Positions 1-10,971 are shown, counted from the stretch's first letter. The stretch: DNA of 64,000 nucleotides from Pseudobacteriovorax sp. (GCA_050293845.1 JBNKNM010000007.1:1-64000), one strand, 5' to 3'. The notes: a model not told the origin generated them from the letters alone. Numbers and translations: made by a program.

Positions 1-106
1 GGGATTTGTGGGCGGTATTATCTAAGGATTTGCTGATCGTCTGATCGGCAGCAAACGTTGGTGTCGTCAGGATTAACGTAAAAATGTATGAGTCACGCCA
101 GTTCAT
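1..106 (-). CDS. N-terminal part of a probable secreted protein (runs off the window edge)
   Basis: Read by hand: ATG at 106 overlaps the TGA of the upstream ORF (ATGA). Open to the edge as MNWRDSYIFTLILTTPTFAADQTISKS..., which looks like a signal peptide (TFA-AD). Confidence 0.55.
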   Translation of the reverse strand, partial: MNWRDSYIFTLILTTPTFAADQTISKSLDNTAHKS

Positions 107-1119
107 TGTTTCAGTTCGATCCCCATGGAGAAAAGCCAGCCGCGATTCTCTTGGCGGGTAAAATCGTGCCTGTAGCCCGTAAGCAGACTTATAAAAGATA
201 CCGCCATAATATAATAACGGGCCTGAACTGTAGCTTGCCAGTAATTACTGCGATCGTTCTCATACTGGAAAATAGTTTGCTTTGATCTGACACGGGGAGA
301 CATATAGTTGAGGCGGAACAATTGGAGAAAATCAATGTCTGCTGAGGTTTCATAGGATCGAATCCACTCTAGGGACGTACGCGCACCCTGAGAGTCGTTG
401 AGGAGAGCCAGTCCGTATTTTCTTTGGTAATCGTGCGTTGTATAGGCAGAAGCGATTATTTTAGTGCCCTCTAGGTCTGCCAGGTCAATACTGGCGCGAA
501 AGCTGTAGTTCATTGGCTCGGCATCCTTCAACGTGTCCTGCCAATGGTCTTTGGGTTGAAAGCCAACGCCCAACTCATATTTGGTGTCGTTGCGGTTTTT
601 ACGGGTAAGGCGTATCCCCGATACCCCATGGTTCCAATAGGTATCCTTCAAGTCTTCCATAAGCAGGAAAAAAGGCCGATGATTGAGGCCAAAGGGTAGG
701 TCGATGGTGCCAAAAGAAAGGCTGTTGGCAGAGAGGTAGCTATTTCCCAATTGCAGAAAATAATGATCAATCCTGCGCTCCTGCCAACGAGCTTTACCAA
801 TAGCTCGGGTATTATCGGCATTGCGGCCCGTAAATAAATAGTGCAGCGATATTGCGGGACTTATATGAAGTCCACCGTAGATTTGCACCCCATGAATCAG
901 CTGCTTCTGCTGGATTCCGCCAAGGCGAAAGCTGAAAAGATAGGCTGCGGCTCTGCCCGTGACGCATAAATTGGGCCATAATTGTGTCATATTGTCTGGT
1001 GTTGGTTCCAGCGGTAGCTGGCAAGGATAGGTAAGAATACGCGGTACTGCTCTGGCAACAGCGCTTAAGCACAGGAAGTAAGCTAGCAAAACCGCAGCTC
1101 GAACCATAGAAACTCGCAT
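103..1119 (-). CDS. Hypothetical exported protein, possibly an outer-membrane beta-barrel
   Basis: 338 aa; N-terminal signal peptide (AVARA); aromatic/Gly-rich alternating segments; C-terminal WLFSMGIEL strand. Confidence 0.55.
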   Translation of the reverse strand: MRVSMVRAAVLLAYFLCLSAVARAVPRILTYPCQLPLEPTPDNMTQLWPNLCVTGRAAAYLFSFRLGGIQQKQLIHGVQIYGGLHISPAISLHYLFTGRNADNTRAIGKARWQERRIDHYFLQLGNSYLSANSLSFGTIDLPFGLNHRPFFLLMEDLKDTYWNHGVSGIRLTRKNRNDTKYELGVGFQPKDHWQDTLKDAEPMNYSFRASIDLADLEGTKIIASAYTTHDYQRKYGLALLNDSQGARTSLEWIRSYETSADIDFLQLFRLNYMSPRVRSKQTIFQYENDRSNYWQATVQARYYIMAVSFISLLTGYRHDFTRQENRGWLFSMGIELKQ

Positions 1120-1345
1120 GCAATAATGGGGTGAGGCTCTATTTTTTCACGAACTAGGTTAATGAGCCAACGATTTTTAGCGCCAGCCAGCTTTTATGCT
1201 TTTTATTGTATTCATTTGGCATGCTTAATGTGTTGATTCTTCTGTGAGAATCAAGCGCTCTGGCTTGGAAACCCTAAAATATAAGGATATCAGGCTGAGA
1301 CACTTATTGCGAGCCTGTTGATGGACTTCATGGTGGGTGAACTCA

Positions 1346-2305
1346 TTACTTCAAGCAACTGATCAAAGCAGAAAAAGCTTCAAAGGGAATTTTGGTACCG
1401 ATCATCTTATTCTTAATAAAATCAAGGGCTTCAAATCTGGAGCGTTTATTCTGATAGCTGCGAGAAGAGGTGAGAGCGTCAAAAATATCCGCTAGGGTTG
1501 CTATCTGAACTTCGGGAAGCAGCGAGGCTTTATCCAAACCATGGGGGTAACCGCTTCCATCCATTTTTTCGTGGTGATGTAAAATAATTTCCTTAGGAAC
1601 ATAAGGGAGAATGGATTCCTGCACTGAATTGATACCGTATTGTGGGTGGGAGCGCATTTTTTCCCACTCTTGTTCGGTTAAGGGTCCGGTTTTGTTGACT
1701 ATATCTAGTCCTACGTCTTTCTTTCCGATGTCGTGAAAAATACCACCGAGAGCTAATTCTCGTATTTTTTGTTCATCAGAAAGACCCATTTCCAAAGCTA
1801 TAGCTACGGTATAAGTAGAGACGCGGATACTATGGAAATAGGTGTAGTAGTCGTGGTCCGCCAGGCCTGAAATAGCTTTGATACAGGTTCTGTCCTCACT
1901 CACACAGTCAGCTAATGTGGCAGCTATGTCCCTAGCTCGATTAACACATGATTGGGTGATTTCACCCTCGTACAAACATTTAATAAACTGCGAGCCCACC
2001 TGCTCTAAAGACTTGATGCGTTCATAGGGAGGCAGATGCTTCTCCAGCGGAGGCAGCTTGGTAAGCTCTTGGTACATATGTGCTTTTTTACTATCTTCTT
2101 TGAGGACTAAAAAGCTCGAGTAACCATTGGTCAAAAGGGCTTCTAGCTCGTCTCGCAGCCACTTATAGCCGCTACCTGCATATAGTATGATATTACCATC
2201 AAGACTTAAGAATAAGTCAAAATCGGTCACAGAGTTGTCTACTATATTATCTGTAGTAAATGGAGCGTATAACGATTGGTCCTGTGGAAATAACGCTAAT
2301 GCCAT
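1346..2305 (-). CDS. HD-GYP domain cyclic di-GMP phosphodiesterase
   Basis: HSIRV, HDIGK and HHEKMDGSGYP motifs are intact. Confidence 0.9.
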   Translation of the reverse strand: MALALFPQDQSLYAPFTTDNIVDNSVTDFDLFLSLDGNIILYAGSGYKWLRDELEALLTNGYSSFLVLKEDSKKAHMYQELTKLPPLEKHLPPYERIKSLEQVGSQFIKCLYEGEITQSCVNRARDIAATLADCVSEDRTCIKAISGLADHDYYTYFHSIRVSTYTVAIALEMGLSDEQKIRELALGGIFHDIGKKDVGLDIVNKTGPLTEQEWEKMRSHPQYGINSVQESILPYVPKEIILHHHEKMDGSGYPHGLDKASLLPEVQIATLADIFDALTSSRSYQNKRSRFEALDFIKNKMIGTKIPFEAFSALISCLK

Positions 2306-2338
2306 AGCCTAAAACCTTCCTTAGATCCTTAGTTCCTA

Positions 2339-2365
2339 GCATCGGATGGTCATAAAAATTCTTGA
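2339..2365 (-). promoter_or_regulatory. Putative sigma28 (FliA)-type promoter of the HD-GYP gene
   Basis: Minus strand TCAA-N15-TCCGATGC versus consensus TAAA-N15-GCCGATAA, 33 nt upstream of the ATG. Confidence 0.5.
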
Positions 2366-2612
2366 ATTTAAAATAGTATATGCCGTTATATTAGATAGTT
2401 AATCCATATTTGGGCCATAGGGTCCGTGCGAAGATAATGAAAATAACCTGTTGACACAGTGCTGAAATTCATCTAAGACATCACCTCCACATTACAGGTA
2501 AGCCTGCCTCGAGCAAGCCAATGCCGCTCATGCTTTGGTATATCTCACCCGCATAGCTTTCCTGTTGTGAATTAGATGACCCACTTGTCAAACTTATAGG
2601 GTTAAATTAACT

Positions 2613-2924
2613 ATGAGCAGCCAAAACATAAGAATTCGTTTAAAGGGCTACGACCATAGACTGCTTGATCAGTCTGCGGTAGAAATTGTAGAGCGTGCTA
2701 AAAGAACAGGCGCAAGAGTAGCTGGTCCTATTCCCTTGCCCACAGCTATTAATCGTTACACGGTACTACGCAGTCCCCATGTAAACAAAAAGTCTCGTGA
2801 GCAATTCGAAATTCGAACTCATAAGCGTGTGCTAGACATCATGGATGCGAAAGCGCAAACGATTGATGCGCTGATGAAGCTAGACTTAGCTGCCGGCGTC
2901 GATGTCGAAATTAAACTATACTAG
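2613..2924 (+). CDS. rpsJ: 30S ribosomal protein S10
   Basis: [10 protein letters not shown] and [14 protein letters not shown] motifs; first gene of the S10 operon. Confidence 0.99.
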   Translation: MSSQNIRIRLKGYDHRLLDQSAVEIVERAKRTGARVAGPIPLPTAINRYTVLRSPHVNKKSREQFEIRTHKRVLDIMDAKAQTIDALMKLDLAAGVDVEIKLY

Positions 2925-2994
2925 GGGTATCGTCAGTTTGACATGTAAACTGTCGCATAATTGATGGACGTAACAATCAGAAGCAACGAGAGTC

Positions 2995-3642
2995 ATGGTA
3001 ATGCAAGGACTGATCGCAAAAAAAGTTGGAATGACCAGGGTTCTTGATGAACAAGGTCGCATGATACCGGTAACATTACTCAAAGTTGAGGATCAGCAGG
3101 TTACAAAAGTTTTAACTCCTGATCGTGATGGGTATCATGGTGTTCAGATTGGTTATTATCAAAAAGCTGAGCGCAAATTAAATAAACCAGATCTTTCTCG
3201 CTTGAGAAAGGCTAATGTGAGTGGCAATTTCACTCGTTTTAAAGAGTACCGTCTTGAGAGTGCTCCTGAATTTGAAATTGGTGCTACCCTTAATGCCAGT
3301 GCTCTTGCTGAAGTGGGCTCGGTCGATGTTACCGGTATCACTAAAGGGCATGGATTTGAAGGATCGATTACACGCTGGGGTCATAAAACCGGTCGTAGAA
3401 CTCACGGTTCTCATTTTCACAGACGTCCGGGCTCATTGGGCCAAAGGACGACTCCTGGTAGGGTATACAAAAATAAAGAGATGCCAGGCCATATGGGTTC
3501 AGCGCAGCGCACCATTCAGAACCTTAAAGTGGTTGACGTAGATGTTGAAGCAAACGTTATCGCTCTTAAAGGCTCAGTGCCAGGTCATCGAGACGGCTTC
3601 GTAGTAGTTAAACCATCTATAAAGCTAAAAGAGACCAAGTAG
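2995..3642 (+). CDS. rplC: 50S ribosomal protein L3
   Basis: KKVGMT and HGSHFHRRPGS motifs; operon order. Confidence 0.98.
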   Translation: MVMQGLIAKKVGMTRVLDEQGRMIPVTLLKVEDQQVTKVLTPDRDGYHGVQIGYYQKAERKLNKPDLSRLRKANVSGNFTRFKEYRLESAPEFEIGATLNASALAEVGSVDVTGITKGHGFEGSITRWGHKTGRRTHGSHFHRRPGSLGQRTTPGRVYKNKEMPGHMGSAQRTIQNLKVVDVDVEANVIALKGSVPGHRDGFVVVKPSIKLKETK

Positions 3643-3668
3643 GCTCTTTTTAAGGGAGATTTCAGGAC

Positions 3669-4295
3669 ATGCAAGTATCTGTAAAAGATATGACTGGTAA
3701 AGAGGTAAAATCCATCGAATTACCTGAGTCAATATTTGGATTAGAGATGAATGACCATGTGCTTCATCATGTGGTTAAGGCCTATCAGGCTAATAGACGT
3801 CAAGGTACGCACTCTACTAAAACCCGTGCTTTTGTGAGCGGTGGTGGTAAGAAGCCTTTTAGGCAAAAGGGTACGGGTAATGCGCGTCAAGGTTCGACGC
3901 GAGCCCCTAATTATCCCGGTGGTGCGATATCCCATGGGCCATTGCCACGGGACTATACGCAGAAGCTTAATAAGAAGACCCGCTTACTAGCTCTTAAGGT
4001 GGCTCTTTCCGATAAGGTAAGACATGGCAAATTTGTTGTTGTCGATAACTTCAATGTAGACAAGTACAGTACCAAAGCCATGGTCGGTGCTCTAAAGGCA
4101 TTAGAAACGCCATCAGCTTTGTTGAGTGATGGTGTTCAAAATGACTTTCTTTATAAGTCTACGCGCAACATCAATGGTGCTGCGGTTAAGCTCTGTGCTG
4201 AGCTTAACGTGGAAGATTTGCTCCGCCATGAAAGTCTAGTAATCTCAGAGCAAGGTCTAACAGCCTTAACAGAAAGACTTGGAGGAGCGAAGTAA
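3669..4295 (+). CDS. rplD: 50S ribosomal protein L4
   Basis: RQGTHSTKTR and KPFRQKGTGNARQGS motifs. Confidence 0.98.
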   Translation: MQVSVKDMTGKEVKSIELPESIFGLEMNDHVLHHVVKAYQANRRQGTHSTKTRAFVSGGGKKPFRQKGTGNARQGSTRAPNYPGGAISHGPLPRDYTQKLNKKTRLLALKVALSDKVRHGKFVVVDNFNVDKYSTKAMVGALKALETPSALLSDGVQNDFLYKSTRNINGAAVKLCAELNVEDLLRHESLVISEQGLTALTERLGGAK

Positions 4296-4582
4296 TGCAG
4301 CCCTATAGTGTAATCATAAAGCCAGTGCTTTCTGAGAAAAGTAATAATCTTCGCGAAAACGAAGGGAAATATACTTTTATTGTTAAACGGGACGCAACCA
4401 AAGATGCTGTAAAAAAAGCGATAGCTAAAATCTGGGATGCGAAGGTTGAAAAGGTTCAAACCATTGTTGTGCGCGGTAAAATCAAGAGGCGCGGTACGAA
4501 CTTTAGTAAACCTGTGAAAACTAAAAAGGCTATTGTTACTCTTGCAGACGGTGCCAAACTCCCACTGTTTGAAGATCAATAG
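4295..4582 (+). CDS. rplW: 50S ribosomal protein L23
   Basis: KPVLSEKS and KKAIVTL motifs; operon order. Confidence 0.97.
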   Translation: MQPYSVIIKPVLSEKSNNLRENEGKYTFIVKRDATKDAVKKAIAKIWDAKVEKVQTIVVRGKIKRRGTNFSKPVKTKKAIVTLADGAKLPLFEDQ

Positions 4583-4597
4583 AAAAGGATAGGTGTC

Positions 4598-5422
4598 ATG
4601 GCAATAAAGCAGTTTAAACCAACATCTCCTTCCCGTCGCGGGGCGTCAGTGGTTTCTTACAAGGACCTTGATCGCGTAGCTCCTTATGGGCCTCTTACTG
4701 TGGCCAAAAATAAGAAAGGCGGGAGAAACAATCACGGAAGAATTACCGTTCGCCATAAAGGTGGCGGTGTTAGGCGGCATTACCGCATTATCGACTTCAA
4801 ACGAAATAAGGTCGATGTTAGCGGTAAGGTAGAGTACATTGAATACGATCCCAATCGCACGGCCTTTATCGCCAGAATCCTATACGTAGATGGTGAGCGC
4901 CGTTATATTTTAGCTCCTGATGGCTTGAAAAAAGGCGATGCTGTCCTAGCTGCTAGTAAGACAGATGTGAAGCCAGGCAACGCGATGCCATTAAAGAATA
5001 TTCCCCTTGGTACTGCTGTTCATAATATAGAGATGAAGGCAGGTAAAGGTGGGCAGCTAGTGAGAAGTGCTGGAGCTTCTGCGCAGCTTGTTGGTCGCGT
5101 TGATAATTATGCGCAGCTTAAATTGCCTAGCGGCGAAATGAGACGTGTACGGGAAGAATGTTTTGCAACGATCGGCACAGTTAGTAACTCGGATCATTTT
5201 AACATTGATCTTGGTAAGGCTGGGCGTAGGCGCTGGATGGGTATTAGGCCTACAGTACGAGGGGTTGCTATGAACCCGGTTGATCACCCCCATGGTGGTG
5301 GTGAGGGTCGTACCTCAGGTGGCCGGCATCCTGTTTCACCTTGGGCAGTCCCCACTAAAGGTCATAAAACTCGTCGTAACAAGCGGACTGATAAAGACAT
5401 TATCAGACGCCGTAAGAAGTAA
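4598..5422 (+). CDS. rplB: 50S ribosomal protein L2
   Basis: YDPNRTA and [17 protein letters not shown] motifs. Confidence 0.99.
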   Translation: MAIKQFKPTSPSRRGASVVSYKDLDRVAPYGPLTVAKNKKGGRNNHGRITVRHKGGGVRRHYRIIDFKRNKVDVSGKVEYIEYDPNRTAFIARILYVDGERRYILAPDGLKKGDAVLAASKTDVKPGNAMPLKNIPLGTAVHNIEMKAGKGGQLVRSAGASAQLVGRVDNYAQLKLPSGEMRRVREECFATIGTVSNSDHFNIDLGKAGRRRWMGIRPTVRGVAMNPVDHPHGGGEGRTSGGRHPVSPWAVPTKGHKTRRNKRTDKDIIRRRKK

Positions 5423-5434
5423 GGAGGATATCCA

Positions 5435-5704
5435 GTGGCTCGTTCGATTAAAAAAGGCCCTTTCGTCGATAGTTATTTATATAAAAAGGCTGAGCAGGCT
5501 GAAAAAGACAAGAAGCCGATCAAGACCTGGAGTCGTAGGTCGACGATTACTCCTGAATTTGTGGGGTTGAACTTTTTGGTTCATAACGGCAAAAAATTCG
5601 TCCCCGTTTTTGTAACGGAAAATATGGTAGGGCATAAACTAGGTGAGTTTTCCCCAACTAGAACTTATTACGGACATACAGCCGACAAAAAAGGCAAGAG
5701 ATAA
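5435..5704 (+). CDS. rpsS: 30S ribosomal protein S19
   Basis: RSIKKGPF and MVGHKLGEF motifs; GTG start after AGGAGG. Confidence 0.99.
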   Translation: MARSIKKGPFVDSYLYKKAEQAEKDKKPIKTWSRRSTITPEFVGLNFLVHNGKKFVPVFVTENMVGHKLGEFSPTRTYYGHTADKKGKR

Positions 5705-5715
5705 GGGGCTCCGTT

Positions 5716-6054
5716 TTGGAACAACAGTTTAAAGCAATATTAAGAAATACTAGAATCTCTGCTCGTAAAGCAAGGCTAGTGATCGACTTAGTTAGAGGAA
5801 AGCCAGTATCCGTTGCTCTAGATACGCTGAAGTTGACAAATAAAAAAGCTGCTCCTCTTGTTTCTAAGTTGATTCAATCAGCCATGGCTAATGCGCAAAA
5901 CAATGCAACTGTGGATGTTGATCGCTTGGTAGTTTCGGAAGCTTTTGTAGATGAAGGTGCTACCTTAAAGCGCTATTTACCACGAGCGCAGGGAAGAGCA
6001 ACTCCGATTCGTAAACGTTCGTCACACATAACAGTGAAGCTCGCAGAGCTCTAA
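5716..6054 (+). CDS. rplV: 50S ribosomal protein L22
   Basis: SARKARLVIDLVRG and PRAQGRA motifs. Confidence 0.97.
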   Translation: MEQQFKAILRNTRISARKARLVIDLVRGKPVSVALDTLKLTNKKAAPLVSKLIQSAMANAQNNATVDVDRLVVSEAFVDEGATLKRYLPRAQGRATPIRKRSSHITVKLAEL

Positions 6055-6072
6055 GACAAGAAAGGTAGACCC

Positions 6073-6711
6073 GTGGGACAAAAAGTCAATCCAATTGGTT
6101 TTAGAACAGGTATCACCAAACCTTGGGCTTCACGTTGGTATGCGCGTCACGACTATGCAAAGTTCCTTCAAGAAGATCTTCGCATTCGTGGCTATATCGA
6201 GAAGAAGTTTGATAGTGCAGGTGTTTCAAGGGTGGAAATCGAGCGTGCAGCTGCCAATATGCGCGTAAACATCTACTCCAGTCGACCAGGTATTATCATC
6301 GGAAAAAAAGGTGCCGGAGCTGAGAGCCTCAAAGAGCAACTTACAAAAATCTGTAAAATTGACTCTGGTGATCCCAGTGTGAATGTTTACGAGGTACAAA
6401 AGCCTGATATTGATGCTTCATTGGTTGCACAAAGTATCAAACAGCAATTGCAAAGGCGTGTGTCTTTCCGTCGAGCGATGAAGAAATCCATTGGCGCTGC
6501 TATCAAAGCTGGTGCGAAGGGAATCAGGGTGAGCTGCTCTGGTCGACTTGGTGGTGCTGATATGTCGCGAACGGAGCAATACCGTGAAGGCCGTGTACCC
6601 CTTCATACGCTTCGAGCTGATATAGATTATGGTACAGCTGAAGCCCTAACAACATACGGACTTATCGGTATTAAAGTTTGGATCTTTAAAGGTGAAAAAC
6701 TTGAGGGTTAA
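6073..6711 (+). CDS. rpsC: 30S ribosomal protein S3
   Basis: [10 protein letters not shown] and [14 protein letters not shown] motifs. Confidence 0.99.
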   Translation: MGQKVNPIGFRTGITKPWASRWYARHDYAKFLQEDLRIRGYIEKKFDSAGVSRVEIERAAANMRVNIYSSRPGIIIGKKGAGAESLKEQLTKICKIDSGDPSVNVYEVQKPDIDASLVAQSIKQQLQRRVSFRRAMKKSIGAAIKAGAKGIRVSCSGRLGGADMSRTEQYREGRVPLHTLRADIDYGTAEALTTYGLIGIKVWIFKGEKLEG

Positions 6712-6742
6712 GCCTTCGAGTTTCGTTTAAGAGGAAATATAG

Positions 6743-7165
6743 ATGTTATCTCCAAAGCGACTAAAATTTAGAAAGCAGCACAAGGGTCGTATCAAAGGGA
6801 AGGCTAGTAGAGGAACCCATCTAGCCTTCGGTGATTATGGTCTGCAAGCCCTTGAAAGCGGTAAAATAACTGCGCGACAAATTGAAGCTGCCCGTATTGC
6901 TATGACACGTCATATCAAACGTGGTGGTAAAGTTTGGATAAAAATGTTCCCTGATCACCCTGTTACGAAAAAACCATTGGAAGTTCGTATGGGTAAAGGT
7001 AAAGGATCAGTGGATCATTATGTAGCATATATTAAGCCAGGCCGTGTTCTATATGAAATGGATGGTGTTGCTCCCGAAGTTGCCACTGAGGCTCTAAAGT
7101 TGGCTGCGTCTAAGCTACCGGTTCGAACAAGAATATTGATGAAGACGGAGGATGCTTGGTCATAA
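6743..7165 (+). CDS. rplP: 50S ribosomal protein L16
   Basis: RMGKGKG and [10 protein letters not shown] motifs. Confidence 0.99.
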   Translation: MLSPKRLKFRKQHKGRIKGKASRGTHLAFGDYGLQALESGKITARQIEAARIAMTRHIKRGGKVWIKMFPDHPVTKKPLEVRMGKGKGSVDHYVAYIKPGRVLYEMDGVAPEVATEALKLAASKLPVRTRILMKTEDAWS

Positions 7166-7380
7166 TGGATGTTTTAAAGTCTACAACGGAAGAGCTTCGT
7201 GCTATAGAAATCAAAGAACTTAAGAGTGCTGAGCAAGATGTGCGTAAACAGCTGGTTGAGCTTCGCATGGATGTTTACACTTCTGCTGCCACAAATGTGG
7301 GCACTATTAGAAAACTTCGCAAAACGTTAGCACGCATTAAAACAGTACAAACTGAAAAAGCACGTGCAGCTAGAAGATAA
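7165..7380 (+). CDS. rpmC: 50S ribosomal protein L29 (divergent)
   Basis: Between rplP and rpsQ; IRKLRKTLARIKTV motif; start is ATG 7165 (TAATG overlap) or TTG 7156. Confidence 0.9.
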   Translation: MDVLKSTTEELRAIEIKELKSAEQDVRKQLVELRMDVYTSAATNVGTIRKLRKTLARIKTVQTEKARAARR

Positions 7381-7391
7381 GGTAAGGAATT

Positions 7392-7664
7392 ATGACGGTT
7401 CAAGATTCTAACGTTAAAAAATCGAAGCCTCTCCAAGGTATTGTCACTAGCGATAAGATGAGCAAGGCTCGCGTCTGTACAGTAGAGCGTATGGTCAAGC
7501 ACTCTAGATATGACAAGTATATTAAGAGAAGAACAAAAGTTATGTTCCACGATGAGGGTAATACCAGCAAAGTGGGTGACTCCGTTCTGATTATACCATC
7601 AAGACCTTACAGCGCACGCAAGAGATTTGATCTCTTAAAGGTCGTTGAACGAGCAAAAGTATAA
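7392..7664 (+). CDS. rpsQ: 30S ribosomal protein S17
   Basis: GIVTSDKM, HDEGN and RPYSARKRF motifs. Confidence 0.96.
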   Translation: MTVQDSNVKKSKPLQGIVTSDKMSKARVCTVERMVKHSRYDKYIKRRTKVMFHDEGNTSKVGDSVLIIPSRPYSARKRFDLLKVVERAKV

Positions 7665-7684
7665 GGCAATAAGGGTACTACAAA

Positions 7685-8056
7685 ATGATTCAGATGGAAT
7701 CCGTTCTCCAGAGTGGAGATAATTCAGGAGCCAAGGTACTTAAATGTTTTAAAGTTCTTGGTGGTAGCAAAAAAAGGTTTGCTGGCGTTGGCGATACCAT
7801 TGTTGTATCTGTCAAAGAGGCTATTCCTAATAGTAAGGTCAAAAAAGGTAGTGTTCACAAAGCGGTTATTGTTCGTACCAAAAAAGAAATTTTAAGGCCG
7901 GATGGAACAACGATTCGTTTTGATGAAAATGCGGCGGTCTTGATTAAAGGCAAGGATAGTGATCCTGTTGGAACCCGCATATTTGGACCTGTTGCTCGAG
8001 AAGTGCGTAATCGAGGCTTTATTAGAATTGCGTCTCTTGCGCCAGAAGTACTTTAA
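7685..8056 (+). CDS. rplN: 50S ribosomal protein L14
   Basis: [17 protein letters not shown] and SLAPEVL motifs. Confidence 0.99.
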   Translation: MIQMESVLQSGDNSGAKVLKCFKVLGGSKKRFAGVGDTIVVSVKEAIPNSKVKKGSVHKAVIVRTKKEILRPDGTTIRFDENAAVLIKGKDSDPVGTRIFGPVAREVRNRGFIRIASLAPEVL

Positions 8057-8085
8057 TAACTAATTTTTCGATAAGGTGATAAGAA

Positions 8086-8634
8086 ATGGGTTATGTCCCT
8101 AGGCTTCAACAGCTCTATAGCGATGTCAAAGATGATCTTGCTAAGGAACTTGGCTTGCCTAATGTCAATCAAGTTCCACGCATTGAAAAGGTTGTCGTTA
8201 ACATTGGTCAAGGAGATGCTGTACAGAACATCAAGATTCTTGAGGGGGCGATGCGAGACCTTGAGACCGTAACTGGGCAAAAGCCGGTTATGACAAGAGC
8301 GCGCAAGTCGATTGCTGGGTTTAAGTTAAGAGAAGGTGTGCCTATTGGCTGTAGTGTAACGCTGCGTCGCCAGCGCATGTACGAGTTTCTTGACCGACTT
8401 ATTAACGTATCAATTCCCCGTATTAGGGATTTCCGCGGATTTTCTCCTAAAGCCTTTGATGGCCGTGGAAACTACACTCTGGGTATCAAAGAGCAAATTA
8501 TTTTCCCCGAGATTGATTACGATAAAGTAGATAGAGTACGCGGGCTTGGTATTACAATTGTCACGCGTGCAGAAAACGACATCCAAGCGAAAGCCTTGTT
8601 AGATAAGTTTAACTTTCCCTTTAGGAAAAATTAA
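8086..8634 (+). CDS. rplE: 50S ribosomal protein L5
   Basis: PRIRDFRG and [10 protein letters not shown] motifs. Confidence 0.99.
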   Translation: MGYVPRLQQLYSDVKDDLAKELGLPNVNQVPRIEKVVVNIGQGDAVQNIKILEGAMRDLETVTGQKPVMTRARKSIAGFKLREGVPIGCSVTLRRQRMYEFLDRLINVSIPRIRDFRGFSPKAFDGRGNYTLGIKEQIIFPEIDYDKVDRVRGLGITIVTRAENDIQAKALLDKFNFPFRKN

Positions 8635-8654
8635 GGTCCCCACAAGGAGTAATA

Positions 8655-8840
8655 ATGGCTAAGAAAGCATTAATCGAAAAAGCTAAAAGAAAGCCTAAGT
8701 TTTCAACACGAGCTTATTCACGTTGTAATCGTTGTGGCAGACCTAAAGCAGTATATAGAAAATTTGGAATTTGTAGAATCTGTTTCCGTGATTTAGCATC
8801 CAGTGGAATGCTGGCTGGTGTAACAAAGGCTTCCTGGTAA
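8655..8840 (+). CDS. rpsN: 30S ribosomal protein S14, zinc-binding type Z
   Basis: 61 aa with CNRC...CRIC zinc ribbon. Confidence 0.98.
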   Translation: MAKKALIEKAKRKPKFSTRAYSRCNRCGRPKAVYRKFGICRICFRDLASSGMLAGVTKASW

Positions 8841-8869
8841 TATTGAGTATTGATTGAGGTTAGGTATCA

Positions 8870-9268
8870 ATGAACATTACAGATCCAGTTGCTGATCTTT
8901 TAACCAGGATCAGGAACGCACAAAAAGCCGGCCATGAAGTTGTCTCTGTGCCAGCTAGCAAAATGAAGATTGCAATTACCCACGTGCTTCGTGACGAGGG
9001 CTTTGTAAAAAATTACAAGTGTATTCGCGACAAGAAGCAAGGTGTCCTTAAAATTGCTCTAGCCTATACAGATCAAGGCAAGGGCGTTATCAAGGATATT
9101 CAACGGGTGAGCTGTTCGTCGCGTCGTAAATTTGTAAGTACAGATAAAATTCCATTTGTAAAAAATGGCTTTGGTACGGCGATATTGTCAACATCAAAAG
9201 GTATAATGACCGATCGAGAGGCTCGCAAGCAGCATGTCGGTGGTGAATATATCTGCTCCGTATTTTGA
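8870..9268 (+). CDS. rpsH: 30S ribosomal protein S8
   Basis: DPVADLLTRIRN and STSKGIMT motifs. Confidence 0.98.
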   Translation: MNITDPVADLLTRIRNAQKAGHEVVSVPASKMKIAITHVLRDEGFVKNYKCIRDKKQGVLKIALAYTDQGKGVIKDIQRVSCSSRRKFVSTDKIPFVKNGFGTAILSTSKGIMTDREARKQHVGGEYICSVF

Positions 9269-9282
9269 TAGAGGTTTAATAG

Positions 9283-9825
9283 ATGTCTCGTATAGGTAAG
9301 CAACCAATCGATGTCCCAGCTGGAGTCGAGGTAAAAATCGAAGGTAATCTCGTCAAAGTAAAGGGGCCTAAAGGAAATCTTGAGAGAGAACTGCATGCAG
9401 CAGTTAAGGTCGCAAAAGAAGGGTCGGTTGTCCAGGTAACTCCTGTCGTCGATGATAAGGAAAGCCGTAAATTTCATGGATTGAGCCGGACGCTTGTAGC
9501 AAATATGGTTGAAGGTGTTTCCAAGGGGTTTGAAAAAAGACTCAAATTAATTGGTGTTGGTTATCGTGCTGCCAAGCAAGGAACGGCCCTCAACCTAACG
9601 CTAGGTTATAGTCATCCTATCTTGTTTGAAGCCACTGATGGAATCGATTTAAATGTAGAGAAACAAACTACGATTATAGTTTCCGGAGCTTCGAAAGAGA
9701 ACGTTGGCGAAACAGCTGCTAAATTACGAGCCCTGAGAGCCCCTGAACCTTACCATGGCAAAGGTGTGCGCTATGAGAATGAGCATATCGCCACAAAAGT
9801 TGGTAAGGCAGCTGGTAAAAAATAA
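9283..9825 (+). CDS. rplF: 50S ribosomal protein L6
   Basis: MSRIGK, GVGYRA and PEPYHGKG motifs. Confidence 0.98.
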   Translation: MSRIGKQPIDVPAGVEVKIEGNLVKVKGPKGNLERELHAAVKVAKEGSVVQVTPVVDDKESRKFHGLSRTLVANMVEGVSKGFEKRLKLIGVGYRAAKQGTALNLTLGYSHPILFEATDGIDLNVEKQTTIIVSGASKENVGETAAKLRALRAPEPYHGKGVRYENEHIATKVGKAAGKK

Positions 9826-9850
9826 TCGATAGTAGTTAGGAAATAGTACA

Positions 9851-10207
9851 ATGGCAAACACAAACAAAAAATTTCAGTTGAGATTGAAGCGAAAGAAAAG
9901 AATTCGGAGAAAAATCTCAGGTACTAGCGAGAGACCTCGATTGTCTATTTTCCGCTCAGCAAAACATGTTTATGCGCAAGTAATCGATGACGAGTCGGGC
10001 GCCACATTGGCATCTGTTAACAGCTTTAAAAAAGGTTCGAAAGACAGAGCTAATAGGGGAGCTTGTGCGGAGCTTGGGAAGAAGCTAGCGGAATTGTGTA
10101 AGAGCAAAAATATTGAATCTGTAGTATTTGATAAGAACGGCTATGCCTTCCACGGACGGGTAGAAGCATTCGCTAGTGGTGCTCGTGAAGGTGGATTAAA
10201 TTTCTAA
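9851..10207 (+). CDS. rplR: 50S ribosomal protein L18
   Basis: RPRLSIFRS, HGRV and AREGGLNF motifs. Confidence 0.98.
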   Translation: MANTNKKFQLRLKRKKRIRRKISGTSERPRLSIFRSAKHVYAQVIDDESGATLASVNSFKKGSKDRANRGACAELGKKLAELCKSKNIESVVFDKNGYAFHGRVEAFASGAREGGLNF

Positions 10208-10225
10208 GTCATTTGGGAGGCCCGT

Positions 10226-10741
10226 GTGGCAAGAGAAGTGAAAGAAAAACGCGAAGACCTATTTCAGGACCGCGTTGTAAACATTGCTAGGGTGGCTAAG
10301 GTTGTTAAGGGTGGACGACGCTTTAGCTTTAGTGCACTAGTCGTGGTTGGTGACGGTAAAGAGAAAGTCGGCTTTGGACTTGGTAAGGCCAATGAAGTTC
10401 CTGATGCGATCCGTAAGGGCTCTGATCAGGCGAAGAAGTCATTGATCGAGATTCGCAAAAAAGGCGGTACAATTCCTTTTGAAGTAGTTGGTACTTATGG
10501 CTCAGCAAAGGTCCTTATGTATCCTGCTAAAAAAGGTAAAGGTATCATCGCTGGTGGTGCCGTACGTATCATCTGTGAACTTGCGGGAATTGAAGATATT
10601 GTTTGTAAGGTACATGGTACTCGTAACCAGCAGAATGTGGTTAGGGCTGTAATTAACGGACTAGCACAGTTGGAATCCATCGAGGACTATGCAGCAAGAC
10701 GCGGAAAAGAAGCCGCTGATGTTTTCCAAGCTAGACACTAA
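10226..10741 (+). CDS. rpsE: 30S ribosomal protein S5
   Basis: [14 protein letters not shown] motif. Confidence 0.98.
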   Translation: MAREVKEKREDLFQDRVVNIARVAKVVKGGRRFSFSALVVVGDGKEKVGFGLGKANEVPDAIRKGSDQAKKSLIEIRKKGGTIPFEVVGTYGSAKVLMYPAKKGKGIIAGGAVRIICELAGIEDIVCKVHGTRNQQNVVRAVINGLAQLESIEDYAARRGKEAADVFQARH

Positions 10742-10768
10742 GAGCTAGAAAGTAGGTAGAGGAAAGCT

Positions 10769-10954
10769 ATGTCTAAAATTGTAGTAAAACAGACCAAAAG
10801 TCTAATTGCTGTACCCGAATCATTACGTAAGGTCATGCATGGATTAGGTCTTGGCAAAATTGGTAGAGTTAAGACGCATAAAGATAATAACTGTATTCGC
10901 GGGATGGTAAACAAAGTGCGCCATTTAGTTGAATATAAGTTGATATCTGAGTAA
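10769..10954 (+). CDS. rpmD: 50S ribosomal protein L30
   Basis: 61 aa; GLGKIG and [11 protein letters not shown] motifs; between rpsE and rplO. Confidence 0.93.
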   Translation: MSKIVVKQTKSLIAVPESLRKVMHGLGLGKIGRVKTHKDNNCIRGMVNKVRHLVEYKLISE

Positions 10955-10971
10955 CAGCGAGGCAGTTATTA

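Noticed and set aside
2451..2479. sigma70 promoter for the S10 operon
   Set aside because: TTGACA is perfect, but the -10 at 17-nt spacing (TAAGAC) lacks the conserved final T, so it was not called.
8057..8085. Hidden or frameshifted rplX
   Set aside because: Only 29 bp are available, and the ORF track shows no L24-like protein nearby.
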